DNA from: Lentisphaerota bacterium
Lineage (GTDB): Bacteria > Verrucomicrobiota > Kiritimatiellia > UBA8416 > VGWJ01
Reading direction: 5' to 3'
NCBI GenBank assembly: GCA_016873635.1
Contig: VGWJ01000007.1
Coordinates: 4,908 to 68,907 of the forward strand
DNA: 64,000 bases
The position numbers and the translations under genes are program-made. The notes under the pieces were generated by a model. The model was given only the letters and a program-made list of their open reading frames with translations. It made no database searches and was not told the origin of the DNA. This document shows, piece after piece, positions 44,303-53,137 of this stretch (positions are counted from its first letter, which is position 1; each line of letters begins with the position of its first letter).

Positions 44303-46453
44303 CTAGTCCACATACGTCACGACCGGATCCCACACCACGCGGTCCGCCGGCGTGGGCTGCTCCCGGCTCTTTTCGACGACGAAATACAACACGTCGCCCG
44401 CCGCCAGTTCTACGGTGAAGTCCGGCGACTCGGCCTTGCCATGCTCCAACTTGCGGCGTGCCCGCAGCGGCGATACGGCTCCGGCGTGGCGATGCAGGAT
44501 TTCGACCATCGCCTCGCCGCCCGTGTCCGCAATCTCAATCGGACCTTCGATCCGGACTTTCCCGTCATGCGGCGCCACCCAGGCGCGCACCGCCGCGCAG
44601 ACGGGACCCGGCCGCATATGGAAGTGCCCCACTTCCGGACCGTGGCCCCTTTGGTCCCAGATATCGGTCCGCACCCAATTCGGATGCTCGAACCGCATGT
44701 TCATGTACCACGGCCCGGTCACCCGCGTCTCATTCCGGTACGGCGTTTCCCGCGCCGGCTCCCGCTCCTGGTTGAACCAGCCGTGCTTGCCCACCACGCC
44801 GGAGAAGCAGTCCGACGCCCGGTAACTCTCCGCTCCGTACTCGAACAGCAGGTGCCGGATCGCCGTTCCCGTCGCCGCCGCGTTCTTCTCCCCGCGCACG
44901 ACCACCTTGATCGTATGCTCTTGCTTCGGATCCAGGCCGGTCTTGATAAAACCGAACTGGAACGGCGTGCCGGCCGCCGCCCAGCAGTCCACCGTCTTTT
45001 CCAGTTTGCCGTCCAGATAGACGTCCGCCTTGCCCGCGTCCGGCCCCTTGAACACGCGCCAGTAGATCGCGTCCGAACGGAAAACCAGCCCCGCACTGGC
45101 GCCCTTCACGTCGCTCGTCCGCGCCGCGTTCTCATAATACAGTTCGCCGTTCTCTTGCCGCCAGTCGCCCGCGTACACCGTTTCGGCGCTGAGGCAGCCC
45201 ACCCGCCGCGTCCGCCGGCTCTCGATCGGGTCCGACGAGTCGAAAACGGGCTCCAGGGGATACCATTGCGCCGACTCCGTGCTGACGATGCGCCACGGAT
45301 GCGACTGCGAACCCATGGGATTGAAGGCCGGCGCCAGGCACCCCGTGGCCGGCGACGTGTTCATGCCGGGCGCAACCTCTATCCGATAGGCGCCGCCAAA
45401 CTTTTGGTTGAAACAAGTATAAAGGAACATGGTCTTGCCGGCAACGAACAGGTTGGTCTTGCCCTCATCCACCACGTGGAAGCCGATGGTCTCGTTTCGC
45501 GGCCCGCCCCACAAGTCCTCGCCCAGGGGAACGATCGGCCCCCAGTCCTGCTTGGACAGATCGCGGCAAACGGTCAAGCCGCTGCCGTAGGTGAAGGCCA
45601 GATACTTGCCGAGCGCCGTGTTGTAGATGACACGAAATCCGTTCACGTAGGAGCCCTTGCCGCCGAGGCCCGGCTCCTCCCAGGCCCCGTTGTAGAACCG
45701 TTTCCACTTGCCCGGCGCCATCTTGTCCCGGATCGCGCAGCGCGCCACCCGGTAGCGGAGCAAACCCGGCCGCCGCACGCCCGGCTTGAACCAGGTGTAA
45801 TGCGACGTGAACAGGTAGATGTACCCGCCGCGTTCGTCCACGTAGAGCATGAAATCCCCATCGCCCCCGTCCCAGTAGAGACCGGAGAACTCCGCCCCCC
45901 GGCGCATCCGCTCCGGCACATCCCGCGTCACGATCGGCCCCTCGTACCGCCACGACAGGCCCTTGTCGCCGCTCGAGGCCAGGTGGATCTGGCGGTTGAT
46001 GGTCGGATGCGAGGCGTTCGGAACCTCCACCGTCGGGTACCCCGGCGTCTCGCAATGCATCGCCGTGTAGAGCCGCTTCCCGTCCTCGTCGTACCACATC
46101 GCTCCGCCAAGCATGTAGGGCCGCTCGACGGGAAACGGCGGCGCGTCGCCGTCGGGCTGCATCACGGCGTTCTCAATGTTCGTCCCCTTGAACCGGTGCG
46201 TGCGCGTCCCCGCCGGCCGGTCGATCATCCAGAACTCATCCCCGATCTTCACGCCGCACGGTGGAAAATCCCCGGTGTACCGCCCGCCCAGATAGTCCGG
46301 CAGTGGATCAAGTTTCTCCAGCGGCGTCACCTTGACCGAAAACGGCAGCGCCGGGGTTTCCGCCTGCGCACGTTGGCTGTCCATCCCCATCCTCTTCTCT
46401 GTCTGTTGCATGGATTGCTCTTCCTTTATGCCAGTCGTTGAAAATTCCGTCAT
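44303..46453 (-). CDS. hypothetical protein, Asp-box-containing beta-propeller-like N-terminus plus two beta-sandwich-like C-terminal modules (candidate glycosidase)
   Basis: 716-aa ORF with no signal peptide. It has one Asp-box-like SSGDKGLSW. The C-terminal part (VYLDGKLEKTVDCW...HTIKVVVRGEKNAAATGTAIRHLLFEY) is typical of CBM-like modules. An alternative start, ATG 46411, has a stronger AAAGGAAGAG RBS. Confidence 0.6.
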   Translation of the reverse strand: MTEFSTTGIKEEQSMQQTEKRMGMDSQRAQAETPALPFSVKVTPLEKLDPLPDYLGGRYTGDFPPCGVKIGDEFWMIDRPAGTRTHRFKGTNIENAVMQPDGDAPPFPVERPYMLGGAMWYDEDGKRLYTAMHCETPGYPTVEVPNASHPTINRQIHLASSGDKGLSWRYEGPIVTRDVPERMRRGAEFSGLYWDGGDGDFMLYVDERGGYIYLFTSHYTWFKPGVRRPGLLRYRVARCAIRDKMAPGKWKRFYNGAWEEPGLGGKGSYVNGFRVIYNTALGKYLAFTYGSGLTVCRDLSKQDWGPIVPLGEDLWGGPRNETIGFHVVDEGKTNLFVAGKTMFLYTCFNQKFGGAYRIEVAPGMNTSPATGCLAPAFNPMGSQSHPWRIVSTESAQWYPLEPVFDSSDPIESRRTRRVGCLSAETVYAGDWRQENGELYYENAARTSDVKGASAGLVFRSDAIYWRVFKGPDAGKADVYLDGKLEKTVDCWAAAGTPFQFGFIKTGLDPKQEHTIKVVVRGEKNAAATGTAIRHLLFEYGAESYRASDCFSGVVGKHGWFNQEREPARETPYRNETRVTGPWYMNMRFEHPNWVRTDIWDQRGHGPEVGHFHMRPGPVCAAVRAWVAPHDGKVRIEGPIEIADTGGEAMVEILHRHAGAVSPLRARRKLEHGKAESPDFTVELAAGDVLYFVVEKSREQPTPADRVVWDPVVTYVD

Positions 46454-46483
46454 CTCGATTCTCTCTAAGCCTGACGCCTCCCC

Positions 46484-48451
46484 CTACTGCGCCCCGCCCG
46501 CGGGGATCACGAAGCGGCAGCCCACGGCCAAGAACGTCTGATTTCTATCGGTCGTGAACCCACCGCGAATTGCAGAAATGCAGTGGGGGCCATAGTCACC
46601 CCAGCCGCCGCCGCGGATCACATGCGGATTACCGTAACCTCCCGTTGCCGGTCCAGACGGATCCGTCACCGCCTCCCGCGACGCCGTGCCCCAATAGTCC
46701 TGGCACCACTCCCAGACATTACCATGCATGTCATGGAGCCCCCAAGCGTTCGGCTTTTTCGTGCCCACGGGATGCGTGGTGCCGTTGCTGTTTTCAAAGT
46801 ACCATCCCATTTGCGCCAGATCCCCGGCATATGGCTCCTTGGTCCCTGCGCGGCAGGCATATTCCCACTCCGCCTCGGTCGGCAGGCGCAGGCCACCGCC
46901 GGCCTTCTTACAGAACTCCTGGCACTTAGCCCAAAACACCGTGTCCACCGGCGCCTCCGGCCCCACGTTCTTGAAGAGCGACGGATTGTGCCCCATTATT
47001 TTCTCCCACTGCGCCTGCGTCACCTCGTACTTGCCCATGTAGAACCCCTTGGTCAGCGTCACCCGGTGCGGCTTCTCCTCAATGGCCCTGCGCCTCAGCA
47101 GGGATTGCGGCTGCAGAGGGGTCGTGTCAGGCGGGGTGCCCATGAGAAACTTCCCCGCCGGAATATAAACCATCTCCATGCCGGTGGCCTCATGCACGAT
47201 CGCCTGCGCCCAGCCGGACTTCGTGTAGGACTCCGCCTTTGTCCCGGCCGCCGCGCGACAACCGGCCGGCACGCGCACGTTCGGATCCGCGGGGCCTGTC
47301 GTCGCGGGCGCCTTGGGGAGAATCTTGTCCTTGGCCGCGGCCGTCGCGACCGACGCCTTGGATGGATTTTCGGCCTTCGTTCCCAGCGCCCTTTCATCGG
47401 TGGACTTCATGGCTACGACCACCCGGAACCCTGGACCGCGATGCTTTGAGCCATCCCATTCGAACGGGCGACCGACGGATCCGGGGTATCCATAATGCGA
47501 ACTGAATATATCGCTGCGCCACACATGCATCAGGCCAGTATGCCAATGATCGGGCGGGGAGATCCCCGGGCCCGTCGGATCAAGCGCGGGCGCATCATCA
47601 TGATAACGCCAGTACCAGTCGTGACACCATTCTCTGACATTGCAAATCATGTCGTAGAGACCCCAGGGGTTGGGTTTGAATGACCCCACGGGCGCGATTC
47701 CGCGGAACCCGCTGGTGGCCTTGGCGGTGGCCAGGGTTTCTTTCTTCTGGGTATTTATATAGACGAAGTTTTCGTAGTTGTGGAAGTCGGCCTTGTCCTT
47801 AGGCCCGCCGTACCAAGAGTCGTTCGGCTTGCTCCCAGCCTTGCAAGCCCATTCCCATTGCGCCTCGGTGGGCAACCACACCTTACTGCCGGTCTTGGCC
47901 GAAACTTTGTCGCAGAACTCCGCCGCTTCCTCCCATAGCAGGAGACACTCGGGGTATGTCTTACCTTTGGTGTACCCCTCAGGAGAAGCAATGTTATTAC
48001 ATACCTGACTTTGCCAGCCCATTTTGTAGCGACTGTCCCATGTGTCACCCATGATCTGCGCGTACTGCTCCTGGGTCACCTCGTAGATGCCCATATAAAA
48101 AGGCCTGCTGAGCGTCACCTCGTGGTCAGGCATCATCCAGTCCCCGTTTGTAAACTCCATTCCCTGTACGACCACTTCGACGCCTTCGACCACCTCGCGC
48201 CGTTCATCAGGAGCCCCCATCTTGAACTTGCCGGCCGGGATGAGCGTCAGTTTCAGCGAGACCCCCCCGCCAAGATCCAGTTCCTTCTGCACCTCCGCAA
48301 TCCCTGCGCGCTTGGCGTAGTCCGCCACCGACTCCTTGCCATCCCACAACGGCCACGGCGACTTCGCCGTCGCCGGTTCCGCCGCGTTCACTACGCCCGC
48401 CGCCAACACGGCAGCCGCCACACTCGCTAGCCAACTCATTGTCTTTCTCAT
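46484..48451 (-). CDS. secreted tandem FGE-sulfatase-domain protein
   Basis: ORF trimmed to ATG 48451 (MRKTMSWLASVAAAVLAAGVVNA), which has a GAAGGAAGG RBS. Two FGE-type domains are present; the N-terminal one is degenerate at the GGSW..C segment. Confidence 0.85.
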   Translation of the reverse strand: MRKTMSWLASVAAAVLAAGVVNAAEPATAKSPWPLWDGKESVADYAKRAGIAEVQKELDLGGGVSLKLTLIPAGKFKMGAPDERREVVEGVEVVVQGMEFTNGDWMMPDHEVTLSRPFYMGIYEVTQEQYAQIMGDTWDSRYKMGWQSQVCNNIASPEGYTKGKTYPECLLLWEEAAEFCDKVSAKTGSKVWLPTEAQWEWACKAGSKPNDSWYGGPKDKADFHNYENFVYINTQKKETLATAKATSGFRGIAPVGSFKPNPWGLYDMICNVREWCHDWYWRYHDDAPALDPTGPGISPPDHWHTGLMHVWRSDIFSSHYGYPGSVGRPFEWDGSKHRGPGFRVVVAMKSTDERALGTKAENPSKASVATAAAKDKILPKAPATTGPADPNVRVPAGCRAAAGTKAESYTKSGWAQAIVHEATGMEMVYIPAGKFLMGTPPDTTPLQPQSLLRRRAIEEKPHRVTLTKGFYMGKYEVTQAQWEKIMGHNPSLFKNVGPEAPVDTVFWAKCQEFCKKAGGGLRLPTEAEWEYACRAGTKEPYAGDLAQMGWYFENSNGTTHPVGTKKPNAWGLHDMHGNVWEWCQDYWGTASREAVTDPSGPATGGYGNPHVIRGGGWGDYGPHCISAIRGGFTTDRNQTFLAVGCRFVIPAGGAQ

Positions 48452-48483
48452 TGAGACCTTCCTTCTTCGTCTTTCATGGCTAT

Positions 48484-50358
48484 TCAGTCCGCGCACAGCA
48501 CAACCCGAAAACCAATGGTGCTATTGAGGGGATAAAGGAAATCGGCCTTCTCCCGAACTGTGGAACGACAGTAGGCCGCGCCGTTACGCCAGCTCCCGCC
48601 GCGAATGACCTTGTCCGGAGTTTCACCGGGACCGGCGGGATCAACGACCAGATCGGTTGGATACTTGCCGTACCCATCCGCGCACCACTCCCAGACATTC
48701 CCGTGCATGTCATAAAGCCCCCAGGCGTTGGCCTGCTTCTGCGCGACTCCGTGCGTCTGTCCGCCGCTATTGGCCTTGTACCAGGCCATGGCGTCCAGAT
48801 CTCCGGCATAGTCCTCCTTGCTCCCCGCCCGGCAGGCATATTCCCATTGCGCTTCCGTGGGTAAACGATAGGAGAACCCCTCCTGCAGACGCCCGGCAGC
48901 ACGCTCCCGCTCCGTCAACTTGCGACAGAATACGGCGCAATGCCAAAACGTGTCTCCTCCTGGCGGAGCGACGCCAACCCGCTCCACCGGACGATCCGGG
49001 CCCTTGAATTTGCTCGGGTTGGTGATCCGCAAGGCCTCTTTTCCCATAACCGCTTCCCACTGCGCCTGCGTCACCTCGGTCCGGCCCATCCAGAACCCCT
49101 TCGTCAACCGGACCCGATGCACCGGTTTCTCGTCCTCATCGCCGTTTTCCGAGCCCATTAGGAACTCTCCGGGCGGGCACCACTGCATCGCCAGTCCAAG
49201 ATCCGTCGCGAAGGTTCGCGACTCGCCGGGCTTGTCTCCCTCCAGGCTGGAGACGATAAACCGCGCTTTGCTCATGCTCGGACGGAACGCCCCGACCGTG
49301 GCCTCCACGCACGCATGCCCGACCCCACCCGCGATCCCGGCGGTGGTCAGCGGATCAACCAGTTCCACCGTGCGCTGTTCGCCCGCCGCCAAGGACACGG
49401 CCTGTTCATGCCGCAACCCGGTCTCCTTCGGGGCCTTGGTCGCTTCGACCGTCCATGTCAGTTTCACCGTCACCGGCTTTGCCTCCACATTGCACAGGTC
49501 CACCGTCACGCGCCCGGTGACGCCAGGCTTGTAGAGGGTCGGGACCGTGCGCGCCGCCACAATGGCAACCGGGCACATCCGCTCGATCGTCAGACCTGCG
49601 AGCATCATGCGGTGTACGGGAAGCTTATCGCTGTTCAACGCGACAGGGGCCAAACGCAGGAGCTTCTTGGCCTGCGGATCGACCAACTCATCCAGGCCAT
49701 TGTCCACAGGCGCCGGGGCATCCAGACTCACTTGAGAACTGTCCTTCAGGTCCTTCAGGCTCAAACGATCGCGAAACTTCTTAATGAACTCCTCACGCTT
49801 CTTATCGTAGGCCATACGCTTGTCATCCGGGCTGCCAGAAAAACCGCTCGCATAGGAGTCGCCCACGACCCACTCCATATCGACGTTGAAGTCGTCGGGT
49901 TTCTCCAGCGTAAAATCGAAATCGATCGACGCCAATTTCCCCGGCTGGGGAAAGAAGTAGACTCGCTCGAAAGCCTGACCGCGACCGCGAACCGCCACCC
50001 ACAACAGGACCGCCTCGCCGACGATGTTGTCATGCGAAGTGCTCCCGACCAGGGCGTGCAACCGGTAGCGGCCGGGAGGCAGCGATTCAGCAGGTTTCGC
50101 ATGCACCAGAAGGCATTTGGCTGGGGCACCCTTGTTGTTACGGAGCGTCAGATCGGCCACCAGCGCCTGTCCCGATTCCCGCGCCTTGTCCAGCGCCGAC
50201 TGGGCCGCCGCGGCGCTCGCTACGACCGGAATCGGCGTCTCGCTCGGTGCGGGACTGTCTGCCCCCCAGGCCGGGGCCAGTACGGCGATCGGCCCGAAGC
50301 CGCAGAGCAGCGAACTCAAAAACCGGGAGAGACACAGCTTTCGCGTTTCTGCGGTCAT
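48484..50358 (-). CDS. secreted fusion of the GH28-paralog N-terminal module with one FGE-sulfatase domain
   Basis: ORF trimmed to ATG 50358 (MTAETRKLCLSRFLSSLLCGFGPIAVLAPAWG). The N-terminus (ALDKARESGQALVADLTL...PPGRYRLHALVGS...RLAPVAL..LAGLTIER) is homologous to the 15568 and 38029 proteins. The C-terminus is an FGE domain (PTEAQWEYACRAG, ANAWGLYDMHGNVWEWC, RGGSWRNGAAYCRST). The ATG overlaps the upstream TGA (ATGA, 50355-50358). Confidence 0.8.
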   Translation of the reverse strand: MTAETRKLCLSRFLSSLLCGFGPIAVLAPAWGADSPAPSETPIPVVASAAAAQSALDKARESGQALVADLTLRNNKGAPAKCLLVHAKPAESLPPGRYRLHALVGSTSHDNIVGEAVLLWVAVRGRGQAFERVYFFPQPGKLASIDFDFTLEKPDDFNVDMEWVVGDSYASGFSGSPDDKRMAYDKKREEFIKKFRDRLSLKDLKDSSQVSLDAPAPVDNGLDELVDPQAKKLLRLAPVALNSDKLPVHRMMLAGLTIERMCPVAIVAARTVPTLYKPGVTGRVTVDLCNVEAKPVTVKLTWTVEATKAPKETGLRHEQAVSLAAGEQRTVELVDPLTTAGIAGGVGHACVEATVGAFRPSMSKARFIVSSLEGDKPGESRTFATDLGLAMQWCPPGEFLMGSENGDEDEKPVHRVRLTKGFWMGRTEVTQAQWEAVMGKEALRITNPSKFKGPDRPVERVGVAPPGGDTFWHCAVFCRKLTERERAAGRLQEGFSYRLPTEAQWEYACRAGSKEDYAGDLDAMAWYKANSGGQTHGVAQKQANAWGLYDMHGNVWEWCADGYGKYPTDLVVDPAGPGETPDKVIRGGSWRNGAAYCRSTVREKADFLYPLNSTIGFRVVLCAD

Positions 50359-51446
50359 TGCGAGATCTCCTTTGCTTCCGCCTGCTTCAGGCTCACGACA
50401 ACCCGGAACCCGTAACCGTTGCCGCTGTGATAGGGGCGACATCCGGCGGACCGGCACCCCTGCGGAGAGTCCCCCCACGATCCTCCGCGAAAGACGTGAT
50501 ACCAGTCGGGAGTTTGAGGCGCTCCGGCCGGATCCAGTGAACCGGCATTGGCATAAGACCCTCCTCTCTTTCCGCCGCTGACCATATCGTCGCCCATCCA
50601 ATCGCTGCAATGCTCGACAACATTGCCATGCGTGTCATACAGCCCCCAGGGATTGGGCTTGAAGGAACCGACCGGGGCCAAACCATCGAAGGGATCGTGG
50701 TATTCCTTGCTCTGGTACCGCCTTCCATAGTTGGCGTACAGGTATAGGTCTTCTTCGTCATCCCCGAACCAGAACCGCGTCGTGGTTCCCGCCCGGCAGG
50801 CGTATTCCCACTGCGCCTCGGTCGGCAGCGTCACCTGCTTGCCGGTCAAGCCGGACACCCGCTTGCAGAACTCCGTGGCATCGGTCCACCCTATTCCGTC
50901 AACAGGCAACGTCTTGCCTTGGGCTTGGAGCTTCCTATGACCGAAAAGCTTGATCTCTTTCATGACCTGCAGGTACTGCTCCTGCGTCACCTCGAAGACT
51001 CCCATGTAGAAGGGCTTGCTAAGCGTCACCTCGTGCCGGGGGAATTCGGTCGCCATGGCGCCCTCCTCGGGTCCCCGCACCATCGTTCGCACCCCGTCAA
51101 TCAGGGCAAACTCCGCTTCGCGCGCGCCCATCATGAACGTGCCGGCGGGGACGAGGGTCAGTTTCAGTGAAACGCCACCGCCGAGATCCAGGCTCATCTC
51201 CACATCCTTGATCCCCGCGCGCTTCGCGTAGTCGGCCACCGACTCCTTGCCGTCCCAGCGAGGCCAGCGCGTCGCCTCGGCCTTCCTGGCCTGCTCGGCC
51301 TTTTCCGCCGTTTCCGCTTTGTCGATGTCGCCGAGAAGCGCGTCCACCGCATCCGGAACGCCCCCGCCGGGTTCCGCCGCGTTCACCCACGCCGCCGCCA
51401 GCACGGCGGCGGCCGACAGCACCCTCCAACTCGTTGTCTTCTTCAT
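50355..51446 (-). CDS. secreted single FGE-sulfatase-domain protein
   Basis: ORF trimmed to ATG 51446 (MKKTTSWRVLSAAAVLAAAWVNA), which has an AGGAGAG RBS. It carries one FGE-type domain (PTEAQWEYACRAG, PNPWGLYDTHGNVVEHC, RGGSWGDSPQGCRSA). Confidence 0.85.
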   Translation of the reverse strand: MKKTTSWRVLSAAAVLAAAWVNAAEPGGGVPDAVDALLGDIDKAETAEKAEQARKAEATRWPRWDGKESVADYAKRAGIKDVEMSLDLGGGVSLKLTLVPAGTFMMGAREAEFALIDGVRTMVRGPEEGAMATEFPRHEVTLSKPFYMGVFEVTQEQYLQVMKEIKLFGHRKLQAQGKTLPVDGIGWTDATEFCKRVSGLTGKQVTLPTEAQWEYACRAGTTTRFWFGDDEEDLYLYANYGRRYQSKEYHDPFDGLAPVGSFKPNPWGLYDTHGNVVEHCSDWMGDDMVSGGKRGGSYANAGSLDPAGAPQTPDWYHVFRGGSWGDSPQGCRSAGCRPYHSGNGYGFRVVVSLKQAEAKEISQ

Positions 51447-51471
51447 CGTCGCTCTCCTATGATAAATGCCT

Positions 51472-53007
51472 TCACGGTTCCTTTGGCGCGCGGGTGAGAA
51501 TGCTCGCGTTACTCTGTACACCAATCACATAGTTGCCCGGCGCGATCGACAGCGTTACCGACTTGGGGACCTGGTCGCCAAAGCGGAAGCTGGGAACCAC
51601 CGTCAAACGTGCCTCGGACGCACCGGCGGGAATGACCACCGGGCTTTCGATCAGATCGTAGTCGCGGTCGTTGCCCCCCGTGCCGCCGAGGGTGAAGTTC
51701 ACCGCCAGCGCGCCGTCGGTGGCCGTGGCTGGCCGGAAGATGACGAAGTCCGCCGGCTTGTCTTCCGAACTCTCGCGCCGGCTGGCCTTGACCCCGACCG
51801 CGCCGGAGAGAAGACTCACCGGATCAGCCGCCACCACGTTGGTCTTCGCGTCCGCGACGCCGAAGGTGTAGTAGTACATCCGGTCCGGCGTGAGGCTGAT
51901 GTTGGTGGCCGGCCGCGAGTCGTTCTTCCAGGCCCCCTCCTTCCACCGGTTGGTATGGGCCCACGCGCCGGTGGCGGCGCCGTTCTCCTCGCCCCACAGC
52001 ACGTACACTGTCGTGGCCAAAGTCCCGGTGTTCACCAGCCAGCTGTTGAACGTGGCGCCGCTCGTCCTCACATCGGTCGCGGGCGCGTTCGCGATGCCGG
52101 TCAACGCCACGTACCGCACAATCACGATGCCCGATCCGCCGTTGCCGCCGGCAAGCCCACAACCGCCTCCACCACCTCCGCCGCCCAATCCATTTGTGCC
52201 GGCAACGCCATTTACGCCATTACCACCCGCCCCGCCGCCGCCAACTCCACCGTCACCCGGGAGATTTCCTTGACCAAACGCGGCCCCGCCGCCGCCGCCG
52301 GCATAGTACTCGTTCGTGCCAGTCCGGAGATTGAACGGCAACCCGTCGCCTCCCTTTCCGGCAACGGCGCCCACGGCATTGCTGCCCGCGGTGCCAGCCC
52401 CGCCGCCGGCGCCGGCCAGATTGACGCCGCCGGGAGCACCGTTGCGCCCCTGGGCTTCGCTATTCGTTGCCATGCCGCCCGCGCCGCCATAACGATCCGC
52501 CGGGCTGCCGCCACCGCCACAGGCGCCGTCCGCCCCCTTTACGCCGTCTTGGTAACTGACGGTATCGTCGCGCGAGCCTCCTCCGCCGCCGCCGTAGGCA
52601 ACGATGTTACCAAAGGAGGAATTGGCGCCGCTACCGCCGGTCCCGCCGACATTCGTATCCCCCCAACCCCCGCCGCCCACCATCACCGCGTAGTTGCTTC
52701 CGGCAACAAGGGTGAAGCCGTTGCTGTAGACAAGTCCGCCGGCGCCGCCCCCCCCGCCGAACATGCCGCCGCCGCCGCCACCCGCCACGACCAGCACCTC
52801 CGCGTTGCCGCCGCGTATGACATGGAGGTTGGTGGCCACGGTGCCCGTGAAGATGTGCGCCGCGAAGTGCGCGCGGCCCACCGTGTAGTTCGTCACCGTC
52901 CCGCCCGTAGCGGACACCGCCTCCGCCCGCGGCGCCAGCCAGAGTCCCAACCCCGCCGCCAGTGCGGCGGCCGCCGTCCTTGCCAACCAACTCATTGCTC
53001 TTTTCAT
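51472..53007 (-). CDS. secreted glycine-rich-domain protein with C-terminal Calx-beta-like domain
   Basis: 511-aa ORF with leader MKRAMSWLARTAAAALAAG. A long G-rich region ends in GGNGGSGIVIVRY. The C-terminal part (DGALAVNFTLGGTGGNDRDYDL...IPAGASEARLTVVP) matches the Calx-beta pattern. Confidence 0.75.
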   Translation of the reverse strand: MKRAMSWLARTAAAALAAGLGLWLAPRAEAVSATGGTVTNYTVGRAHFAAHIFTGTVATNLHVIRGGNAEVLVVAGGGGGGMFGGGGGAGGLVYSNGFTLVAGSNYAVMVGGGGWGDTNVGGTGGSGANSSFGNIVAYGGGGGGSRDDTVSYQDGVKGADGACGGGGSPADRYGGAGGMATNSEAQGRNGAPGGVNLAGAGGGAGTAGSNAVGAVAGKGGDGLPFNLRTGTNEYYAGGGGGAAFGQGNLPGDGGVGGGGAGGNGVNGVAGTNGLGGGGGGGGCGLAGGNGGSGIVIVRYVALTGIANAPATDVRTSGATFNSWLVNTGTLATTVYVLWGEENGAATGAWAHTNRWKEGAWKNDSRPATNISLTPDRMYYYTFGVADAKTNVVAADPVSLLSGAVGVKASRRESSEDKPADFVIFRPATATDGALAVNFTLGGTGGNDRDYDLIESPVVIPAGASEARLTVVPSFRFGDQVPKSVTLSIAPGNYVIGVQSNASILTRAPKEP

Positions 53008-53049
53008 GGTCGCACTCCCTGTTCGTGTTAGGCGCTAGACTCTTCGCCC

Positions 53050-53125
53050 ACTTTTCGCGCAAAAACGTTTGTCTGTGGCTGCCGTGCCGCGCCGAAGCGT
53101 ACTCGCGAAGGCGGGTAGCCCCTAA
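53050..53125. repeat. degenerate half-copy of the 57440-57549 palindromic element
   Basis: By eye, CGCGCAAAAACGTTTGTCTG...GCCGCGCCGAAGCGTACTCGCGAAGGCGGGTAGCCCCT aligns with 57468-57545 (CGCGTCACAAACGCCTGTCC...GTCGCGGCGCAGGCTACTACGCCAAGG..CGGGTAGCGCCCCT). Both copies lie just upstream of genes starting MKRAMSWLAR. Confidence 0.4.
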
Positions 53126-53137
53126 CGCCTTCCTCCC

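Noticed and set aside
51900-52900. A possible tandem-repeat or CRISPR-like array suggested by repetitive GGC/GCC-rich DNA.
   Set aside because: The repetition is irregular glycine-codon reiteration inside a single open reading frame, the glycine-rich protein. There are no constant-length repeats with unique spacers.
53008-53137. A full second copy of the 57440-57549 nested palindrome.
   Set aside because: Only the internal and right-hand part is alignable. The 16-bp outer arms are not both present, so I report it as a degenerate half-copy rather than an intact element.
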